The notes: generated by a model not told the origin, from the letters alone. A stretch of DNA of 64,000 nt from Octopus sinensis (GCF_006345805.1 NC_043014.1:33852001-33916000); one strand, 5' to 3'; numbered from the stretch's first letter, positions 12,010-24,410 are shown. Program-made: numbers and translations.

Positions 12010-12010
<1 letters not shown>
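11600..12010 (+). pseudogene. Three C2H2 zinc fingers split by a frameshift, most likely the 3' end of an RTE-clade LINE ORF
   Basis: CRVC-x12-HLQTH (ORF 11620-11880), then CNVC-x12-HFKIH and CDLC-x12-HIRCH (ORF 11787-11996). There are no TGEKP linkers. The upstream EARIMHARPKR..LKK resembles the segment preceding RTE C-terminal fingers. Confidence 0.7.
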
Positions 12011-12088
<78 letters not shown>

Positions 12089-12397
12089 ATAATATATATA
12101 TATATTATATATATATATATATATTATATATATAATATGTATATATATATATAATATATATATATTATATACATGTATATTTGTGTGTGTGTGTATGTTT
12201 GTATGTGTGCATGTATATATATATATATGTATGTATATATGTGGTGTGTATATATATATGCACATACACACACGCACACACAAGCTTGCTCACACACACA
12301 CACATACACACACACACACCATATATATATATATATATATATATCATCATCATCATCAGAAGCGCACTCTAAAGCATTAGGGCAGTAATACATATTT

Positions 12398-12554
12398 TTT
12401 AGGAAGTTAAAAGTTATGGCCGGTAATAGAGTGATCATTCGTTTCGCACCCATAAAGCCCTAAGCAATGTAGGTGACTCGTCAGACTGCTAAATGCTTTA
12501 TAAATGCGAAACCAATGGTCTCTTTATGACCGGCCATATGTTTAACTTCCTAAA
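12398..12554. ncRNA. Foldback element containing a degenerate hammerhead ribozyme (minus strand 12489-12428)
   Basis: The minus strand reads agt-CTGACGA-GTCACCTA..TGGGTGC-GAAAC-gaat-GATC-act. The opposite arm keeps GAAACC-AAT-GGTC (12508-12520). Confidence 0.55.
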
Positions 12555-13059
12555 TGTATATATATATATATAATATATATATATATAATATATATATATA
12601 ATATATATATATTATATATTCCACGTAGTAATTACTTAGAGTAGGCAGTTGGTGACCTTTATGTAGCAAAACACAAAAAATAAGCGAAATACAGAGGCGC
12701 GACTGAGTTGAGGCAGATTTACTTCTGCCTTTACAGCACGTAAAGAAAATGGTGTTGTAGGTGTGTACGCAGCACATGTACTACAGTAGTACAATACGAA
12801 GCTTAAATACTGAGATTGAAAAGCAGGGGCAAGTTATGCCGACCTAATCTACAAAAAAAAGAATATTTTGCATTTTATGCATAGTAATCAGAGTAACCTT
12901 CATAATTTTATTAATTTAGGTACATATTTTGCCATACAAGGAAAATGTTGCTATGCATCTATTTTATTCAAGGTAGACACTACCTTCCTTGCCTACCTAG
13001 GCATTACGTCCCTGATATATTCCAAGCCCTGTACTACCAGCACACAAAGCTGAACGACA

Positions 13060-13885
13060 TGCAGACAGGATACACTGGCCCGGGATGAATTGAAATTCCT
13101 GAATCAAAATCAGTGCGTGACCTGGGCATTAACATGAGCAGTGATGCATCTTTCCAAGTGCATGTTACCAATTTGGTAATAAACTGCAGAAGGTTGGCTG
13201 GATGGGTTCCTCCGAACTATCAGAGCAAGAGAAAAGGAAACATTGATGGTCCTTTGGAGAACATACATCCTCAACCGCTTGAACTACTGCTCCTAACTAT
13301 GGTTACCACACAATATAAAATTCACGGCGGAACTCGAAGCAATCCAACGAAGCTACACTAAGAAAATCGTCTCAATGCAACATTTCAGCTACTGGGAAAG
13401 ACTGAAAGAATTAAAACTCTTCTCCTTAGAACAAGGGTGGGAAAGATATGCAGTGATAGATATCTGGAAAATCCTGGAAGGCCTTGTACCAAACTTTGGC
13501 ATTTAAAGTTATTCAAACAGCAAAACGTGGCGCCACTTCGTTGTGCCAAAGATTCAAGCATCGCTTTCGAAATACAGGATCAGATACTGCAACAGCTTGG
13601 GTTTCAAGGCCCCACAGCTCTTCAATATCCTTCCAAAACGCCTGAGAGACTGCAAGGTGTGGATGTAAATGTCTTCAAAACAAAACTAGATCTCTTCCTA
13701 TCACGGGTTCCAGGCGTGCCTACCTCACGTCAGGAAACACGAATGAGGGCAGCGGCATCAAACTACCTCATTAACAAAATTCCACATACAAGAGGAGATT
13801 TCAAATAATGGTGTAACACAGTCAACGGTGGTGTCCCAACATGACCGCAGCTTTGCCGCTGAAACACTTGAAAAGACTAAATAAA
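13060..13885 (+). mobile_element. CR1-clade LINE 3' fragment (RT thumb region and 3' tail)
   Basis: VRDLGINMSSDASFQVHV..LEAIQRSYTKKI..SYWERLKELKLFSLE..FKTKLDLFLSRVP across frameshifts. The tail is ggtgtcccaacatgaccgcag..tgaaacac. Confidence 0.9.
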
Positions 13886-13914
13886 TGTGTGTGTATATAT
13901 ATATATATAGATAT

Positions 13915-14224
13915 ATCACCGTAATCACTGTGACCGACCAGGTTATCAGATGTTGCTACACATCGCTGGTCACAATGCGCTTCGCATTGTTTTATCCTTC
14001 AAATGACGCCACCCCGCTAGTTAAGTGAGCAGGCCAACAGAAGAAAGAGTGAGAGAAAGTTGTGGGGATAGAATACAGCAGGGATCGCCACCATCCCCTG
14101 CCAGAGCCTCGTGGAGCTTTTGGTGTTTTCGCTCAATAAACACTCACAACGCCCGGTCTGGGAATCGAAACCGCGATCCTACGACCACGAGTCCGCTGCC
14201 CTAACCACTGGGCCATTGCGCCTC

Positions 14225-14225
<1 letters not shown>
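13915..14225 (-). mobile_element. tRNA-derived SINE, family 3
   Basis: A-box tggcccagtgg and B-box ggtttcgattccc. Near-identical copies lie at 25480-25785 (+) and 26708-27019 (-). Confidence 0.9.
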
Positions 14226-14256
<31 letters not shown>

Positions 14257-14450
14257 TAAATATATATATATTTTTTTTATTATTATTTTTTTTAAATATA
14301 TACATATATATATATATATATAAAACAAGAGACGGGGTGTTTTTCCACGCAGGAAAATGTACAGGCAAATTTGTTGTTGAAAAACTTGTAACTGTTTTAA
14401 AATAAATTTATTTACATATATATCAAATTAGTTTCAACAGTTTATCAATG

Positions 14451-14520
14451 GAATTAGAAATACATATGTCTTTCTAATTTATAATTCTAAAGCCAGGAAT
14501 TTTCCAATACTCCCTTGTGC

Positions 14521-14568
<48 letters not shown>

Positions 14569-14777
14569 TATTCTTTTACTTATTTCGGTCATTTGATAGC
14601 GGCCGCCTTTAGTCGAAGAAATCGACCCCTGGTGTTATTCTTTGTAAGCCTAGTACTTCATTCTATCGGTAACTTTCGCCGAACTGCTGGATTCTGGGAC
14701 GTACCACACCAACAACACAACGGTTGTCAAGCGATGGCGGGGGTAGGAAACACAGACAGACAGACATAAATATATAC

Positions 14778-14817
<40 letters not shown>

Positions 14818-14828
14818 TATATATCTAT

Positions 14829-14859
<31 letters not shown>

Positions 14860-14873
14860 CATATATATATATC

Positions 14874-14913
<40 letters not shown>

Positions 14914-14984
14914 CGCACAAGGGAGTATTGGAAAATTCCTGGCTTTAGAATTATAAATTAGGAAGACATATGTATTTCTAATTC
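14451..14984. repeat. 74-bp near-perfect inverted repeat (14451-14524 and 14911-14984) enclosing microsatellites and a SINE fragment
   Basis: The two arms differ at one position by eye. Confidence 0.9.
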
Positions 14985-15142
14985 ATATACATACACATAC
15001 ATACATACACATACATATACATACATACATACATATATATAGATAGATATATGCATGTATGTATGTATGTATGTACGCATGTATGTATATATATATGCGT
15101 ATGTGTATATATATGCATTCATATATATATATATAATATATC

Positions 15143-15175
<33 letters not shown>

Positions 15176-15354
15176 TTAAGTATATATATATATATATATA
15201 TATATTACATACAAATATAATAAATATACACCACACACATACATAAACGTGTGTGTGTGTAGTTCAAATTTACAGATAACAAAAGATGATGACAAGTGGA
15301 GGAACAAGAAACAGGTGTATTACATACAGTTCTATATTTAAGAGTTGGGGAGTT

Positions 15355-15608
15355 ATGTACATCATTTACATTATTTACATTCGACGGATATTTGTCCTCA
15401 TCTTGTTTGTTGTTAACACAAAGTTTCTGCTGATATACCCACCAGCCTTCATCGGGAGTTTTTTTTGGGGGGGAAATTCCGAACCTGGGTTCTCATTCCT
15501 AAGGTATTTTTCGATGTCATTGTTGTTGTTGTTGTTGTCACTGCCAGGAATCGAACTCGGAATCTTGGGGTTAGCAGCCCACGCTCTTAACCACTACGCC
15601 ATATGCCC
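15355..15608 (-). mobile_element. SINE with tRNA-Ser(GCT)-like head and hammerhead-like 3' domain
   Basis: Head 15608-15541 has A-box TGGCGTAGTGG, loop CT-GCT-AA and B-box GAGTTCGATTCC. An (AAC)n linker follows, then a body with ccgatga-a-ggctg..cagca-gaaac-ttt-gtgtt. Confidence 0.7.
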
Positions 15609-15650
15609 GTGCATATAATAATATATAATAATAATGATAATAATAATATT

Positions 15651-15691
<41 letters not shown>

Positions 15692-15888
15692 TAATATAAT
15701 AATATTGATAATGATATAATATAATAATAATAATATTAATATAATAATAATAATATAATAATAATATAATAATAATAATAATAATAATAATATAATAATT
15801 ATAATAATATAATGATAATGATATTGATAATAATAATAATGATGATTATGATAATGATAATAATAATAACAACAACAACAACAACAAC

Positions 15889-16026
15889 GAAAAATACCTT
15901 AGGAATGAGAACCCAGGTTCGAAATTTCCCCAAGACACCTGATGAAGGCTGGAGGGTATATCAGCCGAAATGTTGTGTTAACAACAAACAAGTTGAGAAC
16001 AAATATCCGTCAAATGTAAATAATGT
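15889..16026 (+). ncRNA. Second, headless copy of the same SINE with a minimal hammerhead motif at 15934-15979
   Basis: gacac-CTGATGA-A-GGCTG-gagggtatat-CAGCC-GAAA-tgtt-gtgtt. Stem I (gacac/gtgtt) and stem II (GGCTG/CAGCC) pair. Confidence 0.65.
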
Positions 16027-16332
16027 AAGCAGGTGTATTAGTTTAATGCTCGGGAAGAATGGAAAAGCCTTTGACGTTTCGAGGCTACTCTCTGCGACAG
16101 AAAGTATTAAGAGGAAAAGAAAGGAGAAAGAACGAGAGAAAAAAACCCAGAAAAACAAAAAAGATATGTAAGGAATAACGGTTCAATAAAGAAAATAGAA
16201 CGTTAACACGAGGGCAGTTTAGTCTTATCCATATTTATTCAAATACATAAATACATTCTGAAGAATTAATTCTTTTATATGGAATTATTTCAAGTTAATG
16301 ATCTGATGTGACATACAATTTCTCAACAATTT

Positions 16333-19300
16333 GATAATCGTGACACATGTTGAAACGTTTTACATTCGTTCTTGTGACCATTCCACTTCACGTTCGTCTT
16401 TAATTCTCTTAATTAAGATATTAACGTCACACTCTCTCCACTTAATTTTGTCTTCGCTCTACCTCTAAATCTATTATCTTTGTGTATGTATATGTATATA
16501 TGTGTGCATGTGTAGGTGTATGTGCCTGGTACAACTAGGCCTCAGTTTCCTTTAAACAGAGGCTGAAACCATCATTTCCCATCACAAACAAGGCATAATG
16601 ATTTTGCGAAACACCGAGCATCACAATTACTCATTTTGGTTTAGTGAGAGTGGTGACTGTCAATGTCTCGCATTTTGTGTAGATGTGTGATTAACTATCG
16701 GCTGCTAGAAAGATTATTTGACAGCTCAGTGGAAAAAAATATACCAGACATCTCTAACGCCGCTACTGACTCTAACGTCATTGTTGCGTCTGACACCGCA
16801 ACCGCGTCGCTGTTGGATCTCACACAGCAGCTGTCTTTCACTGTCTTTGCTATGTGTTACACCGCAGCTGCGTCTCACACCGTTGCTGTCATATAATGCT
16901 GCTGTGCCTTATACTGCTGTTGTCTGTAACGCTGTTGGTATGTCTTATACCGCCGCTGTGACGCACACCGCTGCTGTCTTATACCACTGTCACGTCTCAT
17001 AACTGCTGCTGTGTCTTGTACTGCTATTGTTTTTAACGTCAATGTCGTCTCTTGTTACAACCGTCTCACGTCGTGAAACACCACCGATTTGATGTCTCTA
17101 AAGTGTCTCAGGTCGCTACTGTTTCTCAAACTTCGGTAGAGAAAAATCAGATAGAAAATGACGTGGAAGCTATGATGATTACTGGAATCTGAAAAAGAGT
17201 TATGGGCACTGGTCCGCCACCCTTAATCTAAATTGTTAAAGAGAAATGTGTTTTAATTAACAAAGCCTATATCCATCACAGCCAAACTGTTCTGCGCGCG
17301 CTCACACACATACAATGTTTCAAATGTCAAAATGTGAATAACAGCTATGAAATATAACAGATATGAACAATAACAGATATGAAATAAAACAGAAATGAAT
17401 AATAACAGATATGAAATATTCAACAGTTCTGGATAATCGGATTTTTTTTTTTTTTTTTTAGTTTCATTATTTCCATCATTCTGTGCTCTAGCATGGCCAC
17501 ACTCAACTCTCTGCAACCAATAAAAGAGTATCTTTCTTCTCTCTAACATTGTTTTGTTTGTTTCATTTGTCCCTTTTTTTTAAAACAAAATAAAAACAAA
17601 GAAAATATATAGTCTTTTAGTTTTGGATTGTGTGTATTCATAGGACCGTTTTCAGGCTATATTGTAAAGCTGTGTGTGAATGTATGTATGTAGGTAGGTA
17701 GGTAGGTAGGTAGGTAGGTAGTGAAGAAGTTGTACTGGTGGGAAGCTTATGTTTATGTGTTGAAAAAAAAAACAAAAACAAAAAAACAATTTTCAGGTAT
17801 CACAAAATGAATAATACAAACATTGCAAATATTCACACGCGACAAGAGTCTTGTTTTCAAAACAATGTGTTAATAGCATTTACATATGTGTGTGTGTGTG
17901 TGGTAGAGTGTACAAAGTTGTGGTCGTCTTCACATAGTGTTTGTTATTTCACTGGTGTAATTCAGGGGGCAGTTGTGAGTGCGTGCGTGTGTGCAATACA
18001 AGGTGTGAAAATACAAGGTTGCTCTTGAGGTGGTTCCAAATCATCATCATGCTCTGTCTGGGTGTTCGCTTCGTTGGGACTTCTCCAGCCTCCCAATCAC
18101 AACATCTTCGTCATGTTCCGCCAACAGTGTAGACCTCTACTTTCTACAGGGGTAACAACTGACTTTTCGGTGAAGGAGTCAACAGACGTCGTTTGCAGTT
18201 AGCACAGGAGAATCCCAAAGCCTTGATCTTGGCAATACCACAGCGACGACGTGGCAATACCACTGCTCTCAATGCATCTGCTCATAATGGTAATAATAAT
18301 AAGTAAATGAAATATTCACGTAGAAGTTAGTTTATATTTCAAAACGGTAACTTATCTCGAACATTTCATTCTTTCCATGTAGACTGCTTGGCTCCATTCC
18401 GGTTGGCTCTGTTCTAAGGCGATAAGTCTTCCATCTGGCATCGCGTGGAAGTTAGAACATTGTTGAACCGTTGCAGTTGACTGGGGTTCTTTGCCTTTCG
18501 CTTTCGTTTTCGGCCTCTTCCAGTTCTTCTTGACCCGGCAGATACTTTCAGCTTTCGCAATATGGATATATTTTTGTTTAATATTCCATCAGCTGAAAAA
18601 CTTAATGATGCTCAATAAAGTTTATTTTCCTGGTTTTTATCGATGTTTAAACTTATCCAGGCGGCGGCGTCGTATGCGTCGAGAAGCTTGCTTCGGTTGT
18701 TCGCGATACAGTTGTAGTTGTTGGTAAACCAGTTGTGATATCAATTCTCTGTAAGAAATATCGCCCCGGTCCTCCTTTGGTTGTGAATTTGGTGGAAAGA
18801 AGAGGTGAGGATTCTGACTTGTTCAGCTCCATGTTGAGAGAAAAGTAAAAACGAGCAGGACTTACAATAACGATAGTCATGTTGAATTATTCATTTATAT
18901 CGTTATATATATATCAATGTGACTGAGTGTATATATGACTCCTTTCTTGTATGTAAATGCGTATATATATAAATATATATAGGGAGAGATACGTATGTAT
19001 ATCTCTGAATTTTTTACTTCTTTGAATTAAAAATTTGTCTTCAAAATCCAAATTCTACTTCCAAAAATAATAATCTTTCGTCGATCTTCCAAATGAAAAC
19101 AGAAAGTGAATGTCTCTGAAGTTGACGAGTGAATGCAACACTTTTTTAAAGGTTAAGTCGTCGGGAAAAATTTATTTTCGATGCTAAACTCACTGTGTTG
19201 TGAATTGTCTGTCAGTGTCTCGTTTGGAAATTCTCTCTTTAAATACCTTCGCAAGTGCGTGAGTATGTGTATGTGGGGAAATTTTGATTGTGGCTTTTCA

Positions 19301-19594
19301 TGTGTGCTTGTGTATTTATGTATGTATGTATGTCTGGGAGTTGATTTACAAGAACCAACAATAACAACAATAACAACACTATCAAAGACGACAACGACAA
19401 CAATAACATTACAACACCCACCCGCCCCACTTTTGGTTCACTACCATCTTTATACAACCAACCATAAAGCTAGCTGAAAATTCTCCCACCCTTTCTCACT
19501 TTCTCTCTCTCTCTTTCTCTCTCTCTCACTCTCTCTCTCTCTATCCCTTTCTGTCTGTCTTTCTCTCTCCTCTCTCTCTCTCTCTCCCTTTCTG

Positions 19595-19666
<72 letters not shown>

Positions 19667-20015
19667 TATGTTCTCCTATGTTCTTCCTTTGTGTTCTTCC
19701 ACTCACATTTCAACCAGACATCAACGGCATCCCACCACCCGCCATCCCACCACCCGCCACCCCACCACCTACAACGACAATAAACTGTATTAGTAAATTT
19801 CCATTACTCCCTCCCCTTTCTACCTCAAACCCACCCTCACCATCACCACCTCCACCTCCTCCGCTGCAGTCATTCCCGCCACTACATCGCCCACATTCCA
19901 TTTTATCTATCTATGTCATCTGATGCAATAAATACCGCAATGACATGTCCCACCGTTGCTACCAACCTTTATAGATGTTCCCCTTCTCCCCTCTACACAC
20001 GCGCGCGCACACACA

Positions 20016-20046
<31 letters not shown>

Positions 20047-20250
20047 CTTGCATACACACACATACACACACTTGCATACACATACATACACACACAAACA
20101 CACGCGCCGGCACACATGCATTCATAACCACACACATTTCTTACCTGATTTAGCAACAACGCATCCATACACAGACACACAATATACGCGTGTGTGTGCA
20201 CCAAATCTTGCGTCACTTAGTTTAAAGACAGTAGTGATTAAATTTTAATT
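16333..20250 (-). repeat. Segmental duplication copy B (inverted copy of 6455-9975)
   Basis: See copy A. Expanded microsatellites lie at 17680-17720, 19500-19665 and 20000-20110. Confidence 0.95.
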
Positions 20251-20452
20251 TCCATTGCGGCCATGCAGGGGCACTGCATTGAAGAATTTTTAGTCGAATG
20301 TATCGACACCCCAGGACTTTTTTTAAAGCCCGGTATTTATTCTATCGATTACTTTTTTTTTTAACCGCTAAGCTAAGTTACAGCGACGTAAATACACCAG
20401 CACCGATTGTCAAGCGGTGAAGTGGGTGACAAACGGACGCACACACACACAG

Positions 20453-20489
<37 letters not shown>

Positions 20490-20496
20490 ATATTAG

Positions 20497-20527
<31 letters not shown>

Positions 20528-20573
20528 CATACATACATACAACACATAATGCATACATACATACATACATACA

Positions 20574-20607
<34 letters not shown>

Positions 20608-21789
20608 CAAATGGCGGTGCCCCAGCATGGACACAGCTCATTAGCTGAAACTGGAAAAATCAAAAAAAAAATCAAAATCATACATTTATATATATTTATA
20701 CATACATATATATAACCGATATATGTATAGCTATATACATATATACGTATTTATGTACATTTGTGTGTCTATATATGCATACATATATTATTTATATTAT
20801 TATTTGATTGAACGCCACGCATCCATTTCCAAGTAAGTTTTTTCTTAATGTAATTGATGCGACTCTTATCTTTTACTGTTTCTCTCTTCACCCTCTCTCT
20901 GTCTCTCTCTCTCTCTCTTTCGTTCCTCTCTCATCCTTTCTTTCTTTCTTTTTCTCCCCTTCACCGTTTTCTATCTGTCTGTCCCTCTTTCTCTCCCTCT
21001 TCCTCCTTTACTCTCTCTCTCTCTCCCTCTCGTTGCTCACACGTGGTCATCGTCCATCCTTCCCCTTCTCACGTGGTCTTTCTTTTCAATCTCTTGCACA
21101 GTTCGGACGCATTTGTATCTGTCTCCTCTCTTTTCTCTTATCAAAGAATCTTCTTCAAACGTTTGCCATTTTTACCTCGCCTGTGCCAAATAAACACACG
21201 CACTATATATTTGTTCTTCACTCGTTTATAACCCATGTCCATCGTCCGGAAATCTTTCGTCACACATCTGTGACCTCTTCAGCGACACTTTTCGTTTTCA
21301 TGTGTGGTCTTACTCTACTTACTCCACTCTGTTCTTCTAAGATGTGCATACTTAAGTGCGCATGCGTTTGCGTCCGTGTTTGTGTGTGCATGTGCATGTG
21401 TGTGTGTATATGTCTATGCTTGTGTGTGCATCATTGTTCTTAGCAGCAGTATGGCCTTCCCTTAACTCCATCCTCTCGCCCCATTGTGCTGCTGCTGTCC
21501 TAAGACCTGAAAACTTGGTGCAGTTCTTGTATCTCTCTTTGTATGTTCGCCTACGCTGTTACATATATATATATATATATTATATATACGACGGGCTTTT
21601 TACAGTTTCCGTCTGCCAAATCCGCTCACATGGCTTTGGTCGACCCGAGACTTAGTAGAAGACATTTGCCCAAGGTATCACGCAGTAGGACAGAACCGTG
21701 AACCATGTAGTTGCGAAGCATGCTTCTTACCACACATCCACGCCTAGAAAACTAAGAGCTGCTGTAATGGGCAAACGGAACAGCTAATC

Positions 21790-22760
21790 ATCAGAAACGC
21801 GATCGAGAATTGACTGCGTAAGCTAAAATAGACTTTACGAACTGTGGCTACTGACGTTGGACGCTCAGTAATTGTTGCTTATCGTGTGGTGCATATTTTC
21901 GATGAAACTGATGGTATTGCCACCATCTTGGATGGGGGCAGTCGCGTAATACCACTGAAAGGATGGTTCGATTTGGCGATGAGGAAAGGGGAAATCGACC
22001 GCCGTCTATATTTTCAAATGCCATATATAAATTACTTTTTTACTTAAGTCATTCGCTACCTATGGAGAATGGGCTATTGACGACGGTTCTCCTTTGTTCT
22101 CGATTCTGGGATGTCTTTTCCGCTTCTCTTCAGTTGGATTCCTGCTTTTTTCGGTTCTATTTCAGTATCCCATTTCCTTTTATTTTTAGAGTGTCCGCTC
22201 TTCTGACTCTCCTATGGGTTCCAGATCGCAGGATTTTGGTTTCTTTAACGTGTGTCCTTATCCTTTCCCACTTACGCTTCGAGATCTGTTCTTCCTTTGG
22301 TACCTATCCCACCCTTACCGCCACCATCAAAAATTATTAACTGAAACAGTTTGGACTTGTGGGACGAGTTGTACAAAAAATGTACAATTGTCTGAAAAAC
22401 TGACACGCCTACATTCAATTTACCCTGAAATACAAGAACTGTACGCCATCAGACTGGTTAGAGTCTTGTGGTCAGATGAACAGAAATTTAATTTGTTTAG
22501 CCCTGACGAATGAGTGTTCGTCTAACGTTGTGTAGAATTCAACACAGAGTACTTATATCTGACAGTTAAATTGCAATGTCGAGTTTGTGGCTGCATATTT
22601 GAAAAAGGAGTTGGTCCCATATATCTTCAACCTTGGACATTGCGAGCAATCTAGCTTTTTCTAGAGATCTTGGAAAAGACTGTATTGTTATATGCTAACT
22701 TTATTTCGGCTGGTCGTATATTTTTCAGCGTAACCGCTACCAGAAATATACCGCATGAAT
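21790..22760 (+). mobile_element. Decayed Tc1-family transposase fragments
   Basis: VLWSDEQKFNLFSPDE (ORF 22214-22513) matches the first catalytic motif WSDE.KFNL. An HTH-like ATDVGRS..V..FDETDG lies at 21844-22047, separated by an unrelated insert (~22040-22320). Confidence 0.7.
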
Positions 22761-23624
22761 AATCAGGAAATTCACCAAAAGCAAGAAAATAATTATGCAG
22801 TTATGCCAGTTCAATTACATAGCTGGGACAGAGGTGATGGAAGCGGCTCTTTTGGATCTGCTGTATAAGCCCTGTACAGGAGGCGGCATACTCATAAGCT
22901 TACTCCGGCAGCCTATACTCTTGCTACGCCACTGAGTGTTGCCAAGTACAACCCTCCGAACATAAATATGACAAAGATTTTATCGAAATAGTTGACATAA
23001 GCATAATCATGGAAATTTAGTAAATTGCATCACTATATAGTAAAAAAAAAACAATTAGAAGAGAATCCAGATAATGAGATCATCAAACATAGATTCAATA
23101 CCTCGTGGATGTGATTCCTTTTGGAATCAGGTCTCCGACCAATTATTAGTGTCACATGATTTTAGTTTTTAAGATCTTCAATGGATGCATTCAATTTCTT
23201 AAAACTCTATACTTATAATGTTTTTAAATTAAGTCATCATTTCTGGAGTTATTGATACTATGTTAGGTTAATTTACATATTTAAATGTTTAAATTTACAT
23301 CAATTAAATGAATAAGATAATTATGTTCAGTGAGGTTATTTTTATCTTGAGTCGACTCGAGATAATGATAAAACGGCATGTTGTGTTATCGAACTTCAAT
23401 GATTACGAACTGGACTCCTTAAACATTCGTCCATGCTGTGTCCACACGCACAACTGCGTACACACACACACATATACACACACACACCTGCACACATACA
23501 ACCGTAAGATATATACATGCATACATATTATATATATATATATACATATATACATATATATTATACATATATACATATATATATACATATATACATTATA
23601 TATATACATATATATATATATATA

Positions 23625-23668
<44 letters not shown>

Positions 23669-23711
23669 ATATCGTCTGTAAACATAAATCCGAAAAAGAA
23701 GTTATATAGTA

Positions 23712-24410
23712 GTTATATCAAAGTTAGATGAAGCCGGTTTATGGGATTACCTAAGTTTCACGTCCATAAAAGGCTTGGCTTTATGGCGTATCATCAGATC
23801 CCAGACCCAGTTGGCCAAAGGCCTATCTAGAATATGAAGGGGGAAATGACCTCGTTACTCAATGTCTACAAAGGAGGCTGTCTCCCCTTGGCTTTCGATC
23901 GCCGATGTCAACAGAGTGGAGTTGTGTTCCTTTGGCTATTGATTGCCGGTGGGTTTCAATAGGCTAGCAGGAATTTCCTAAATTGTAAGCTCGGTCCGAA
24001 GACCCCAGTTCGGGAGTTCAGGATGCTCCCTGGGTCGAGGGAGTCGTTTAGGATCCTCTCCAATTCCGCTATGCATAATTTACAGCGGTCGGTCCCGTTC
24101 CAGAACGGAAGTCTTCGGACAGTGCTTACAATTCAGGAAATTCCTGATAACCTATTGGAACCCACGGGATAACAGGTCCACCGCCGATCGATAGGCAAAG
24201 GAACACAAACACCTTTGTTAACATCGGCGATCTATAGCCAAGGGGCAACAATCCCCTTTGTTGACTTTGGGTAACGGGGCCACTTACCTCTCCATATTCT
24301 AGATAGGCCACTCGCTAGAGAGGCTTTTCGCCAACAGGGTTTGGTCCCTTTATGGACGTGAAACTTTAAGTAATCCCATTAACTGGCTTTATCTAACTTT
24401 AATATATATA
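23712..24410. mobile_element. ~700-bp imperfect foldback element with hammerhead motifs on both arms
   Basis: Arms ~23712-24000 and ~24110-24410 are diverged reverse complements. Minus strand 23802-23743 reads GGGAT-CTGATGA-t-acgccataaa..tttatggacgt-GAAAC-ttag-GTA-ATCCC. The plus-strand copy at 24340-24377 lacks CTGATGA. Confidence 0.7.

Noticed and set aside
18140-18165. miR-10-like seed (tacccctgtag on the minus strand)
   Set aside because: It is only a partial match, it is not conserved in copy A (aaccctgcag), and there is no precursor hairpin.
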